Shown: one piece after another, positions 11,623-20,654 of the stretch
Position numbering within the stretch: the first letter of the stretch is position 1
How the letters are laid out: each line of letters begins with the position of its first letter
Assembly (NCBI GenBank): GCA_015062585.1
Contig: SUUJ01000001.1
Coordinates: forward strand, 72,736 to 136,735
DNA length: 64,000 nt
Direction: 5' to 3'
Source: Alphaproteobacteria bacterium
GTDB lineage: Bacteria > Pseudomonadota > Alphaproteobacteria > RF32 > CAG-239
The notes under the pieces: model-generated
Told to the model about the DNA's origin: nothing
Databases searched by the model: none
What the model saw: the letters and a program-made list of their open reading frames with translations, nothing else
Position numbers and translations under genes: made by a program

Positions 11623-11757
11623 TTCGACATCGCGCAATTCAAAAAAAGACTTATCAACTCCGCATATCGGACACATATAATCATCGCCGAGTTTTTCAAA
11701 ATCGATTTCTCCGTCATACACATAGTTACATACACAGCACACCCATTTTTTAGCCAT
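11620..11757 (-). CDS. rubredoxin-like small protein (45 aa). Not in the ORF track
   Basis: Hand translation: [45 protein letters not shown]. Two CxxC pairs (CCVC...CPIC). Start overlaps the stop of the upstream flavin-reductase gene by 8 nt. Confidence 0.6.
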   Translation of the reverse strand: MAKKWVCCVCNYVYDGEIDFEKLGDDYMCPICGVDKSFFELRDVE

Positions 11758-12265
11758 TTTTATTCTCCTTGATTATTTGTTGATAAGCCGACATAACTTC
11801 GTCTTTTAATTTTCCCCGATAATCCTGATATAATAGCGATTCACCGTTTTTGTTTGTTTTAGCATCTATAACTTCGGCAATAAATATGGTATTGGAACAA
11901 AGCTCATACTTATGAATTACCTTAGCATAGATATGCACCAAGGCGTCATCAATAACCGGAAGTTTATGAAATTGGTGATGTTTGACAAAACTCCATTTAT
12001 CACGGTCTTTGCTCGAAAAAAATCCGAAATTGGCAATAACAAACGGTGAAATATCTTTAGGAAGCACCGACAGGCTGAAGCACAAGTTTTTATCAATAAC
12101 TTGTTTGGTATATCCCTGATTACCGCAAGAAACGGCCAAAGCACAAGGCTGATTCGAAGCCATCATAACCGCGTCAATAATAGCACCGGCATCTTTTTTA
12201 TCGTCGTTGGCCCCCAAAACATATAACCCCAGCGGTATTTTGTACAATATATCCCAATCAATCAT
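11750..12265 (-). CDS. flavin reductase-like (FMN-binding split-barrel) protein
   Basis: 171 aa. '[14 protein letters not shown]...[19 protein letters not shown]' resembles the flavin reductase domain of high-molecular-weight rubredoxin-type proteins. Confidence 0.55.
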   Translation of the reverse strand: MIDWDILYKIPLGLYVLGANDDKKDAGAIIDAVMMASNQPCALAVSCGNQGYTKQVIDKNLCFSLSVLPKDISPFVIANFGFFSSKDRDKWSFVKHHQFHKLPVIDDALVHIYAKVIHKYELCSNTIFIAEVIDAKTNKNGESLLYQDYRGKLKDEVMSAYQQIIKENKNG

Positions 12266-12357
12266 TTTATCAATCCTTATAAAGTCACAGATATATATAA
12301 TTTCAAATTATATGGATACAACAGCTGATAAAATATTTTGTTTTAGACAAAAACATC

Positions 12358-12393
12358 TTGCAAGAATATGAAAAAAATGGTACACTGCATACA
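12358..12393 (+). promoter_or_regulatory. candidate sigma70 promoter for the secreted-protein gene
   Basis: TTGCAA -17 nt- TGgTACACT (extended -10 like) about 30 nt upstream of the ATG at 12420. Confidence 0.3.
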
Positions 12394-12419
12394 GTTTTGT
12401 AAAAAAATGTGAGGTCAAA

Positions 12420-13679
12420 ATGGAAAAGAAACAAACATCAGGTATTAAACACAAGGTTGTAACATGGGGCCTAACCTTTTTATCGCTGTTTGGTGGCGCA
12501 AAGCTATCAGCTCAGGAAAATGCCCAACCGCAAAGTAAGCAACCGACTATGGAGCAAGTTGTTGATAGTACACTCACAGAACAATATGCTATGTACGATA
12601 TTGGAACCCCTAAAAGAGATAATATGTATAAAGAACAACCGGGAGATTCCAAGGCTCTTAAAAAACTTAAAGCTAAGACGCGAATCCTCTATAATAGTGT
12701 AAAATCAAGAAAAACAGAGTTAGATAAAAGGTTGGCCACGCTTAATTTATTTAAGTCACAACACCCGGAACTTGCAACTGATAGTGTAGTTTCTGTGGCT
12801 GATATGTCAGATGATCATAAAACACTAATCGCACTTGAGGGTGAGCACGCCGTTGCATTGATTATGTATAATAGTGCACTAGAAAAATTAAATGAGGTTG
12901 ATGCTGAACTACTTAAACAGCAACTTAAGTCTGCTATTAGAAATGACAAAGATTCTGTGGATATGTATAAAGGGTATATGGAAGAGTGGTTGGAGTATCA
13001 GGAAGAAATTAAAGAAAAGCAAGGCGAGCTTAATGAATTAAAAACGAGTAAATATGATAGCGAAATCACAGTTACTGGCGATGCAGGCCAAAATAAACCG
13101 GGAGTTGATAAAAATAGCGAAGTTGCCAGTAATAATGTAACTGCAGTAAATACCGGACTGACATATATAACTCAAATAAAAGAATTTCAGTTAAAACAAG
13201 CCGGATTGCCGGGAGATAGTGCTTATTTGAGTGATGCTATAGAAAGAAATAAGTTGGAGATTGAATGGCGCAACAAAGTGTTGAAAAAAATAAAGCATGG
13301 TAAAAAAGGTAAAGGCGCTAATCCGATGCAACAAGTTGGTGATTCTACCAAGACTTCAAAGCCTACATCTCCCGCTGGATTAAATCCAACATCAAAACCA
13401 AAAACATTTGAAGAGGTTATTGCGGAACTTGCAAAACTGGATCCGAATGCTCAAACGGACACATTACCGGGCAATGTTGAAAAGACAACATATACGCTAA
13501 CAACAAAAGAAGGTGAAAAGTTTGATGTTGTTGTTCTTAAGCAAGATGGTACGAAAAGAGTTACTTTTGGGGATAAAAGTACAGAATATGGTGCTGATGG
13601 ACAACCTAAGACTGATGGTAAAAAAGGTAAAGTGCCTGATATAAGCAAATTCTTTCTTAATGAGAGAGGCGGAAAATAA
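12420..13679 (+). CDS. secreted Lys/Glu-rich protein of unknown function (signal peptide)
   Basis: N-terminal signal peptide 'VVTWGLTFLSLFGGAKLSAQE'. 419 aa, low complexity, no enzymatic motif. Confidence 0.5.
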   Translation: MEKKQTSGIKHKVVTWGLTFLSLFGGAKLSAQENAQPQSKQPTMEQVVDSTLTEQYAMYDIGTPKRDNMYKEQPGDSKALKKLKAKTRILYNSVKSRKTELDKRLATLNLFKSQHPELATDSVVSVADMSDDHKTLIALEGEHAVALIMYNSALEKLNEVDAELLKQQLKSAIRNDKDSVDMYKGYMEEWLEYQEEIKEKQGELNELKTSKYDSEITVTGDAGQNKPGVDKNSEVASNNVTAVNTGLTYITQIKEFQLKQAGLPGDSAYLSDAIERNKLEIEWRNKVLKKIKHGKKGKGANPMQQVGDSTKTSKPTSPAGLNPTSKPKTFEEVIAELAKLDPNAQTDTLPGNVEKTTYTLTTKEGEKFDVVVLKQDGTKRVTFGDKSTEYGADGQPKTDGKKGKVPDISKFFLNERGGK

Positions 13680-13698
13680 CAATTATTTTTCAAAACAT

Positions 13699-13733
13699 AA
13701 AAAACATCTCCTGATTTTAGGAGATGTTTTTTT
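13699..13733. terminator. bidirectional terminator
   Basis: aaaaacatctcc-tgatttta-ggagatgttttttt hairpin between convergent genes. Confidence 0.6.
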
Positions 13734-13745
13734 AGAGAATACCGT

Positions 13746-14423
13746 CTATTCTTTTAAGTAACTGTAAGGAGCATATTGTATCGGCAAAATCCCGTCCTGA
13801 GTTATTTTTTCTCTATATCGCAGGTTGTCGCAATATTTATTGTTAAAAGGCGTATCAAAACTCAAATCAATAGGTGTAGGCTCGCTACAAGACCAACACA
13901 TCATAAATCTGTCCATTAAAGGTCTGTTTGAAGGACATTTATATACACTGTACACATTTTCTGTGCTATTATAATGTTTTGATATTCTGCCTTTACAGTT
14001 TGTATGACAAAAACGCTCCTTATCGCAATTTTCCTTGTTTACTTTAACTGCTTCTTTTGTTGAACATTTATAGCATTTTCCATTGTGACCTTTGAAATAA
14101 TTTTCGACAGTATCATCATTTGCTTTTGTGGATTCGCCTTCTTTAATTTCGCAATTCTTCATATCTACGCTGGTGTCTTCAGATGCCGGAAAGGGTTTGT
14201 TTTCTCCTACCTTAAGTCGACAAGTTCTGTCTTTGAATACATAAACTCGGTTTGGGCACTTTTTTTCACAGTTTTCCATTGTGCCAACTTTCAAATTGTA
14301 GGGAGTATCACAATCATAACAAGTTCCATGCAACGAAAAAACACAATCATCGGCATAAGTTTGAGAAGTAAATCCGATAATCGTACAAGCAAGTAAAACA
14401 GCAAATTTTGATTTGTCAGTCAT
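13746..14423 (-). CDS. secreted cysteine-rich protein with internal duplicated module
   Basis: Signal peptide 'FAVLLACTIIGFTSQTYA'. Many Cys. Module 'G(T/K)CY(D/K)C(D/S)T...KV...ENC(E/D)K' occurs twice. Confidence 0.5.
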   Translation of the reverse strand: MTDKSKFAVLLACTIIGFTSQTYADDCVFSLHGTCYDCDTPYNLKVGTMENCEKKCPNRVYVFKDRTCRLKVGENKPFPASEDTSVDMKNCEIKEGESTKANDDTVENYFKGHNGKCYKCSTKEAVKVNKENCDKERFCHTNCKGRISKHYNSTENVYSVYKCPSNRPLMDRFMMCWSCSEPTPIDLSFDTPFNNKYCDNLRYREKITQDGILPIQYAPYSYLKE

Positions 14424-14498
14424 AATGAAATAAGCTCCAAATTAAAAGATATAAAATATACTAATCAATCTGTAAAGCAAGTCAACCCATAAATATTT

Positions 14499-14759
14499 TT
14501 ATATCATCAGGGTTTTCATATTCTCATTCAGCCATTTTTCGATACCTTGTCTGGCAATATTGCGAAAATTTTCGATTCTTTCGACAGAGCTTGTTTTAAT
14601 AAAATCGGCAATTTGTTTATCGGAGAGTCCTTCGATATAATCCCAAAACGAAAATATCAAATTGACTTTTCTCGGCCACACTCCGTCATTTATAAAAATA
14701 TTTTCTTCAAAATCGAAGAACAGTTCGTTTAGTTTTTCAAAAATTTCTTTATCAGTCAT
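14499..14759 (-). CDS. hypothetical protein (start trimmed to internal ATG with AAGGA RBS)
   Basis: ORF 14499-14816. 'MTDKEIFEKL' start is preceded by aagga 9 nt upstream. No motif. Confidence 0.35.
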   Translation of the reverse strand: MTDKEIFEKLNELFFDFEENIFINDGVWPRKVNLIFSFWDYIEGLSDKQIADFIKTSSVERIENFRNIARQGIEKWLNENMKTLMI

Positions 14760-14861
14760 TGTAGTATCCTTGCATTGTATAAATACAATAGATAATACAC
14801 TTGTATATAAAATCAATATAAATATTGTTTATTTACAATATTGGTGGATAAAACTTCAAAG

Positions 14862-15563
14862 CTATATTTTTCTTGTTATACAAAATATCTTTCCGCAGAT
14901 ATTCAATGACTTGATATCTTTGACCAAAAACGGCTTATAAGAAGGATTATCAGAAGATATTTCGACCGAATTATCAAAAGGATTGGTTTGAACACGGCGA
15001 ATAATCGTGTCGCTGTTGGTAGATATCATATAGATACCGTCAGAAGATGGAATACTATAAGACAAATCAACCCAGACAAAGTCACCGGCATTTATGGTTG
15101 GTGACATCGAATCGCCGCAGACCTTAAATATCAAAACATTCTCACTTGTCTCTGAATAGTGATGGTTAAACAGCTCTTTAGTTATAATTTCTTTACCGAT
15201 AAGATTCTGTTTTATTTGGTCAAATTTACCTTTCTTTTCGCCGTTCATATCAATAACATCAATTGCTATCATCTCAGAATTGCCGGTTTTACTAAAATTA
15301 AAAAAGCTTGTCAAAGCTGAAAATTTGTCTTGAATAAGATTGTTCGGTAAAGGAAAATCGCACAAATCCTGCTCATTAACATCGAGGATTCTTGCCAGTT
15401 TTCTTCTGGTGTTTTCATCCAATCTTTTGGGTGAGTTTCTTTTTACAAAATGGAATAAATAAGTAGAGTTTTTGCCAAGTTGCAAAGAAAGGGCATTCAG
15501 ACTGAAGCCTTTTTCTTTTACTTTTTTTTCTAACAAATCTCTAACCTGCTGCAACTTATCCAT
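14862..15563 (-). CDS. phage CI/LexA-like repressor (XRE HTH + S24 peptidase)
   Basis: N-terminal HTH region. C-terminal 'FKVCGDSMSPTINAGDFVWVD' S24 Ser motif plus downstream Lys. Confidence 0.8.
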   Translation of the reverse strand: MDKLQQVRDLLEKKVKEKGFSLNALSLQLGKNSTYLFHFVKRNSPKRLDENTRRKLARILDVNEQDLCDFPLPNNLIQDKFSALTSFFNFSKTGNSEMIAIDVIDMNGEKKGKFDQIKQNLIGKEIITKELFNHHYSETSENVLIFKVCGDSMSPTINAGDFVWVDLSYSIPSSDGIYMISTNSDTIIRRVQTNPFDNSVEISSDNPSYKPFLVKDIKSLNICGKIFCITRKI

Positions 15564-15615
15564 AATAACGATTCCCTTTGTATATTGTTAAAATACTTCA
15601 ACTTTATATTGCATT

Positions 15616-15696
15616 TTTACAACTTTGTAAACAGGTTTTACAAAAAAATATGAATTTATATTGACCTTAAATTTTTTCTGTATTGTAATATTACAA
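15616..15696. promoter_or_regulatory. candidate repressor operator palindromes in the divergent promoter region
   Basis: tttacaa-ct-ttgtaaa (15616-15631) and perfect ttgtaat|attacaa (15683-15696) share TTGTAA/TTACAA half-sites. Third half-site cattgtaaaa at 15703. TTGACC -35 at 15661. Confidence 0.45.
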
Positions 15697-15728
15697 TAAA
15701 TCATTGTAAAAAACTATCGGAGCTATTT

Positions 15729-16226
15729 ATGATTAAATATACTTCTAAGCAAGATGTAACAAATAAAGGAATCGTAAAAAGAAATGGCAAAATATTAAAA
15801 TTGTCTGTTTTGGAAATATGGCATTCTAAAGGGTTTCTTGATTACACACCGTCAAAATACAGCGCCGACGAAAGACTTAGTTGCGGCTTAAGGCTTGCAC
15901 TTGACGCTTATATCATAAATCGAGCCAATTTACATTCATCTCATCGACTAAATACCAAAATCGACAACAATAATAATACTCAATCAGCGGCAATACTAGA
16001 AGCTATGCAGCGTTATAACCGGGCAATAAGGTCGGTTCCGGCAGAATTTTGGCCGGTTGTACGGCTGGTTTGCATTGAAGATCGCGATTTGGTTGCGCCG
16101 AACGAACTTAGTGAAAGGCACAAAAGCCATTTTTATTATATGAACAGAGTAGATTTGTGTCGGGGGTTGGATAGGATTATTGATATACAACAAAAGGTTG
16201 AAAATCAATGTTTAAGACAATTTTAG
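15729..16226 (+). CDS. hypothetical phage early/regulatory protein (possible late-gene regulator)
   Basis: 165 aa, divergent from the repressor. Followed by a promoter + terminator arrangement before the packaging genes. No motif recognised. Confidence 0.35.
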   Translation: MIKYTSKQDVTNKGIVKRNGKILKLSVLEIWHSKGFLDYTPSKYSADERLSCGLRLALDAYIINRANLHSSHRLNTKIDNNNNTQSAAILEAMQRYNRAIRSVPAEFWPVVRLVCIEDRDLVAPNELSERHKSHFYYMNRVDLCRGLDRIIDIQQKVENQCLRQF

Positions 16227-16439
16227 CTTTACATATTGAAAAAAATATTGTAACGATAATAAAAAATAAACTAGGGGACTAAAAATGGACTATATAGAAA
16301 TTTATGCAATTTTCTTCTTAATATTAAATGTTGCAAATCAAATAAGATTTGGTTGTTTATACACACATCTGATTTTTAGTATAGCCCTAGAAATTCCTAT
16401 ATTAGGACGAGTTTTTATGATATGGTGAAAAAATTTTTT

Positions 16440-16527
16440 TTCACTTATATTGACTTATCCGTCAGGTGACATTACAAATATAAGTATGGTGAGTAAGTGG
16501 GTTCAAACACTTCTCACCTTTTTTTAT
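16440..16527 (+). promoter_or_regulatory. candidate late promoter followed by an intrinsic terminator (antitermination-type arrangement)
   Basis: TTGACT-17-TACAAAT, then hairpin ggtgagtaagtg..cacttctcacc + T7 immediately upstream of the terminase small subunit gene. Confidence 0.35.
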
Positions 16528-16547
16528 GAATTGATTGGTAATAAGGA

Positions 16548-16961
16548 TTGATTGTTATGGGATTGGCGCATCCGGTAAAATATTCTTCGGTCTCGGCGAT
16601 GGAAAAAAAGATTGAAAAATATTTCAACGAACGCGCCAATTTTAAATCCGAAGTATATAGTCCCAAAAAAGGTGATATTGTAGAAATAGTTGAACAAGCC
16701 CCGCTTCATTTGACGGGGCTTTGTGATTATTTGGGTATTTCGAATCAAGACTTGGATGAATATCAACAAAAAGAAGAATTTAGCGAACTTATTCGCAGAG
16801 CCAAAAAAAAGTGCGAAGCCTATTTGGTTGATCAATGCGTCAGGCTTCACAAAGCCGATTTTATCTTAAAAAACAATTTTCCTGCTGCTTGGCAAGATTC
16901 GTCCGAGAATATTGTAGGGGAAGAACTGAAAAAAATATTGGTAGAATTTGTAAACAAATAA
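16548..16961 (+). CDS. phage terminase small subunit (putative)
   Basis: 137-aa acidic protein directly upstream of terminase large subunit. Confidence 0.5.
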   Translation: MIVMGLAHPVKYSSVSAMEKKIEKYFNERANFKSEVYSPKKGDIVEIVEQAPLHLTGLCDYLGISNQDLDEYQQKEEFSELIRRAKKKCEAYLVDQCVRLHKADFILKNNFPAAWQDSSENIVGEELKKILVEFVNK

Positions 16962-16973
16962 AAGTGAAACAAT

Positions 16974-18299
16974 ATGAACGATAAAACAATTACGGCGCAA
17001 ATACCTCAAATTTTTGCGCCTCTGCTCATTACTCAAAAAAGAATCAAATTTTATTATGGCGGGCGAGGTGGCGGAAAATCTTATGCTTTTGCCGACAGCC
17101 TTTTATTAAAAGGGCGAATGGAAAAACTTCTTATCGCTTGTCTGCGCGAGGTTCAAGACAGCATAAAAGATTCGGTCTATCGTCTTTTGTGTGATCGAAT
17201 TTCATTTTATCAAATGAAAGATTACAAGATTTTAGAATCTCGTATCGAAAATAAGATTACCGGCACAAAATTTATTTTCAAAGGACTTCGTGACCAAGAC
17301 GCTCAAAAAATAAAATCTTTGGAGGGCGTTGATATCGCGTGGATTGAAGAAGGACAAAGCATTTCTAAAAAATCGTGGGATATTCTGTCTCCGACTATCA
17401 GAAAAGACGGTTCGGAAATATGGATTTCGATGAACCGTAACGAAGAAAATGATCCCTTATGGGTGCTATTGGCTGCCAATCCTGACGAGCGAACCATGGT
17501 GGTCAAGGTAAATTATTATGACAACCCGTTTTGCCCCGAAGAACTTAAAATTCAAGCCCAAAAGTGCAAAAAAGAGCACCCCGATGATTATGCTCACATT
17601 TGGCTCGGGCAACCGCTAAGCCAAAGTTCGGCAAAGCTTATTGCACCAACCGATGTCAAACACGCCTTTGAAAGCAAAATATCTTCTTGCGATTCGCCTT
17701 TGGTTATCGGGCTTGATATTGCAAGGTTCGGGGATGATTCCACGGTGTTTTGTTTCAGACGAGGGCGTTATTGTCAGCGCTTTGAAGTATTAAAAAAACA
17801 AGACACCGTATCAATTGCAAACTATTGTCAAGGAATTATCCAAGCGCATAATCCGGCTCGAGTTTTTTTAGATGTCGGAGGAATAGGCGCCGGAGTTTAT
17901 GACATATTATACTCACGAGGATTTCGTTCGACAATTCGTGCCATAAACTTTGGTTCAAAGGCCATATTAGAAGACAGATATGTCAATCGTCGTGCCGAAA
18001 TGTGGGATAATGCTCGTGCTTGGCTGTGTCAGGAATTGCCGGTGCAACTTCCATGTGATGACGAGTTGTTAAATGATTTGTGCTCAGTTAATAAAAAATA
18101 TGATTCACTCGGGCGGCTACAATTAGAAAGCAAAGACGAAATCAAAAAAAGACTGGGGCGTTCACCTGACAAGGCGGACGCCTTTGTTCTAACTTTTGCC
18201 GAACCTGTTTACGATGTAGGCAAAGCCAAAACATTTGGAAACGGTCAGGTCGTTTTGGAAGATATGTTTGCTAATTCTTACAAAGAAAGCAAATGGTAA
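16974..18299 (+). CDS. phage terminase large subunit
   Basis: Walker A 'YGGRGGGKSYAFA' near the N-terminus. 441 aa. Size and position typical. Confidence 0.8.
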   Translation: MNDKTITAQIPQIFAPLLITQKRIKFYYGGRGGGKSYAFADSLLLKGRMEKLLIACLREVQDSIKDSVYRLLCDRISFYQMKDYKILESRIENKITGTKFIFKGLRDQDAQKIKSLEGVDIAWIEEGQSISKKSWDILSPTIRKDGSEIWISMNRNEENDPLWVLLAANPDERTMVVKVNYYDNPFCPEELKIQAQKCKKEHPDDYAHIWLGQPLSQSSAKLIAPTDVKHAFESKISSCDSPLVIGLDIARFGDDSTVFCFRRGRYCQRFEVLKKQDTVSIANYCQGIIQAHNPARVFLDVGGIGAGVYDILYSRGFRSTIRAINFGSKAILEDRYVNRRAEMWDNARAWLCQELPVQLPCDDELLNDLCSVNKKYDSLGRLQLESKDEIKKRLGRSPDKADAFVLTFAEPVYDVGKAKTFGNGQVVLEDMFANSYKESKW

Positions 18300-18340
18300 C
18301 ATTTTTTAACACTAACTCACAATATAAGGAAAATAAACAA

Positions 18341-18598
18341 ATGATAAATGCAGTTGCCGACCGGATATTTATTCGGTTAGCTCCGGATACTACCGCCACA
18401 TCCGGCGGTATTATTTTAGTTGATGATTATCACCGTACCCGAAATATCGGTGTGGTGGAAAGCATCGGCGACTTGGTCACTTCGGTCAAGGTCGGAGACA
18501 AGGTCTTGTTTCATCAATTTGATGAATTGCCGACACCGGATGATGACTTGGTTGTTGTTAGAGAAAATTCAATTTTAGGAGTTTATGAAGATGAATGA
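18341..18598 (+). CDS. GroES-like co-chaperonin (phage-encoded cpn10 homolog)
   Basis: 'ADRIFIR..ATSGGIILVDD..GVVESIG..VKVGDKVLFHQF..ENSILGVYE' tracks the GroES consensus (DRVLVK..KTAGGIVL..GxVxAVG..VKVGDxVLFxKY..DILAV). Start trimmed to the ATG with AAGGA RBS. Confidence 0.65.
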   Translation: MINAVADRIFIRLAPDTTATSGGIILVDDYHRTRNIGVVESIGDLVTSVKVGDKVLFHQFDELPTPDDDLVVVRENSILGVYEDE

Positions 18599-20411
18599 AC
18601 AAATATTTTACTCGCAAAAATCAGAGGTTTCTGATTGGCTGGAAAAGATTGCAAAATCTGAAAAGTCATATAATGAATATCACAAACTTTTTGATGATAT
18701 TCGCAAATATTATCGCAACGAACTGCGTAAAGATAAGCAAAATATTTTTTGGTCTTCAATTGAAACGCTAAAGCCGTTTTTGTATTTCAAACAACCGAAA
18801 CCATATGTCGAACGCAAAGAAAAAAGCGATAACAGAGTTCACAATTTGGCTTGCCGAATTATAGAAAAAGCTCTTTGCAACAATCTTGAACAATTTGATT
18901 TTGACAGCATTATTAAATATGCCAGAAACGACTTTTTATTGGGCGGATGCGGTATTGTCATAGAAAGATACAAGCCTGAATTTACATCGCTCAGTGATGA
19001 GAATGGCAATATTTTTGAAATTAAAACCGATGAAAAAGTCGTTACCGAATATGTTGATCCGCTAAACTTTATTTGTGATACCGACAAAGTCGGAACTTGG
19101 GAAGATTGCACTTGGTTTGCCATAAAGCAATTTATGACATTTGATGAAGTTGTTGCAAATTTTGGTGACGAATTTAGAAATTTGCTTTTTGATTATTCAC
19201 TAAAAGATGCCAAATCAATAGAAGTTTACGAGATTTGGGACAAAAAAACATTACAGGTTTTATATGTAACAAAAGCCTTACCTCATACATTCTTAAAAGT
19301 AATTTCCAAGAGCGCCGTATCGGGAAGTTTTTTTCCGATACCCAAGCCTTTGTTTGCTACAACCACCAACGACAGCATAATTCCGGTACCGGATTATGTT
19401 CAAATCAGGCCTTTGTTAGATGAGCTTGACGGGGTTACGGCCCGCATGGAAAAGACAATGAAAGCCTTAAAAATTTCCGGCTGTTATGACAATGCTTTTC
19501 CCGAACTTGCCAACATCTTAAACAAGGATACAACCTTGGTTGGCGTGTCTGATTTTGACAGATTAAAATCTGCCGGAGGAATTAAAAATATTGTCGATTT
19601 TATGCCCATTGACCAATATGTAACCGCGTTGCAAACCCTTTCCTCCCGTCGCAAAGAGATAATTGAGGCAATTTATGAGATAACCGGCGTTTCCGATATA
19701 ATGCGAGGTGTTTCAAATTCTAATGATACCGCGACAGCTGTAAACAAAAAGACCAATTTTGGAACATTGCGCAATCAGGATCGTCAAAATGATATGAATC
19801 GCTTTATATCTGAGATTTTCAAGATTAAGGCAGAATACATTTGCGAATATTTTGATACTGAAAAATTGCTGTCATATCTTTCAATCACAGAGCAAATGTC
19901 GACAGAGGCTCAACGAGCCGTTGCGCTGTTAAAAAATGACAAATTGCGTGATATGGTCTTAGGAATTGAAAGCGATTTGACTTTTAACGAAGCTGATAAA
20001 AAAGCGCAAAATATTGAGGCTATAACCTCGATTCACACCATGATCTTACAAGCTTTTGATGTGGTCAGCAAACAGCCGGCGCTTCTTGATTTGTATCGCC
20101 AAATGATTTCAGGTGTTGTGGCTTGTCTTTCAAATGCCCGCCAGTACGAAGGGGTTTTGGTAAATTGTTTTGATAAAATTGCTCAAGAATTTGCCACACC
20201 GGATGCACCGGCGGAAAAACAACCCAATACCCAACTTATAGCATTGCAAATGCAGAGCCAACGCAATGCTTGGGATTATGAAATTAAAAAAGAGCAAAAC
20301 GAAATCAAAAAAACTGAGTTGCTATTAAAACAGCAACAGGAAGAAGCTAAAAACAAACAGGCGGATAAAGAGCTGGATATTGAGCTGATAAAAACTGCTG
20401 CAAATAAGTAA
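18585..20411 (+). CDS. phage portal protein (putative)
   Basis: 608 aa between terminase and scaffold/capsid. Acidic coiled-coil C-terminus. Confidence 0.55.
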   Translation: MKMNEQIFYSQKSEVSDWLEKIAKSEKSYNEYHKLFDDIRKYYRNELRKDKQNIFWSSIETLKPFLYFKQPKPYVERKEKSDNRVHNLACRIIEKALCNNLEQFDFDSIIKYARNDFLLGGCGIVIERYKPEFTSLSDENGNIFEIKTDEKVVTEYVDPLNFICDTDKVGTWEDCTWFAIKQFMTFDEVVANFGDEFRNLLFDYSLKDAKSIEVYEIWDKKTLQVLYVTKALPHTFLKVISKSAVSGSFFPIPKPLFATTTNDSIIPVPDYVQIRPLLDELDGVTARMEKTMKALKISGCYDNAFPELANILNKDTTLVGVSDFDRLKSAGGIKNIVDFMPIDQYVTALQTLSSRRKEIIEAIYEITGVSDIMRGVSNSNDTATAVNKKTNFGTLRNQDRQNDMNRFISEIFKIKAEYICEYFDTEKLLSYLSITEQMSTEAQRAVALLKNDKLRDMVLGIESDLTFNEADKKAQNIEAITSIHTMILQAFDVVSKQPALLDLYRQMISGVVACLSNARQYEGVLVNCFDKIAQEFATPDAPAEKQPNTQLIALQMQSQRNAWDYEIKKEQNEIKKTELLLKQQQEEAKNKQADKELDIELIKTAANK

Positions 20412-20423
20412 AAGACTAATCAA

Positions 20424-20654
20424 ATGACATATTTTACCAAAGAATTTTCGGAAGATTTCATTCTTCCGGACAACACGGTCGCGACCTCATCGCAGGATAT
20501 CGACCGTTTCTTAAAGGCCAATAATCTGGCCTTAATGTCTGATTATTCTGACGAATATATGAAAAATGTTCGTTTGGATAATGATAAAGCTCAGCGAAAA
20601 GAAATTTTTGCCGAGGTTGTTCAACAATACAAAAAAAGGATATGGAATGAGTGA
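20424..20654 (+). CDS. small phage protein (76 aa)
   Basis: Stop overlaps the start of the scaffold gene (ATGA). Confidence 0.3.
   Translation: MTYFTKEFSEDFILPDNTVATSSQDIDRFLKANNLALMSDYSDEYMKNVRLDNDKAQRKEIFAEVVQQYKKRIWNE

Noticed and set aside
12490-12702. 70-aa ORF in an alternate frame inside the secreted-protein gene
   Set aside because: Same-strand frame-shifted overlap within a long coherent ORF. No start signals.
16524-16850. 108-aa minus-strand ORF overlapping the terminase small-subunit gene
   Set aside because: Embedded antisense, no RBS. The plus-strand gene fits the phage packaging context.
20566-20646. Upstream extension of the scaffold ORF (MFVWIMIKLSEKK..)
   Set aside because: The extension overlaps the preceding small gene in another frame. 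A good RBS precedes the internal ATG at 20647, which was chosen instead. A programmed frameshift was considered but there is no slippery heptamer.
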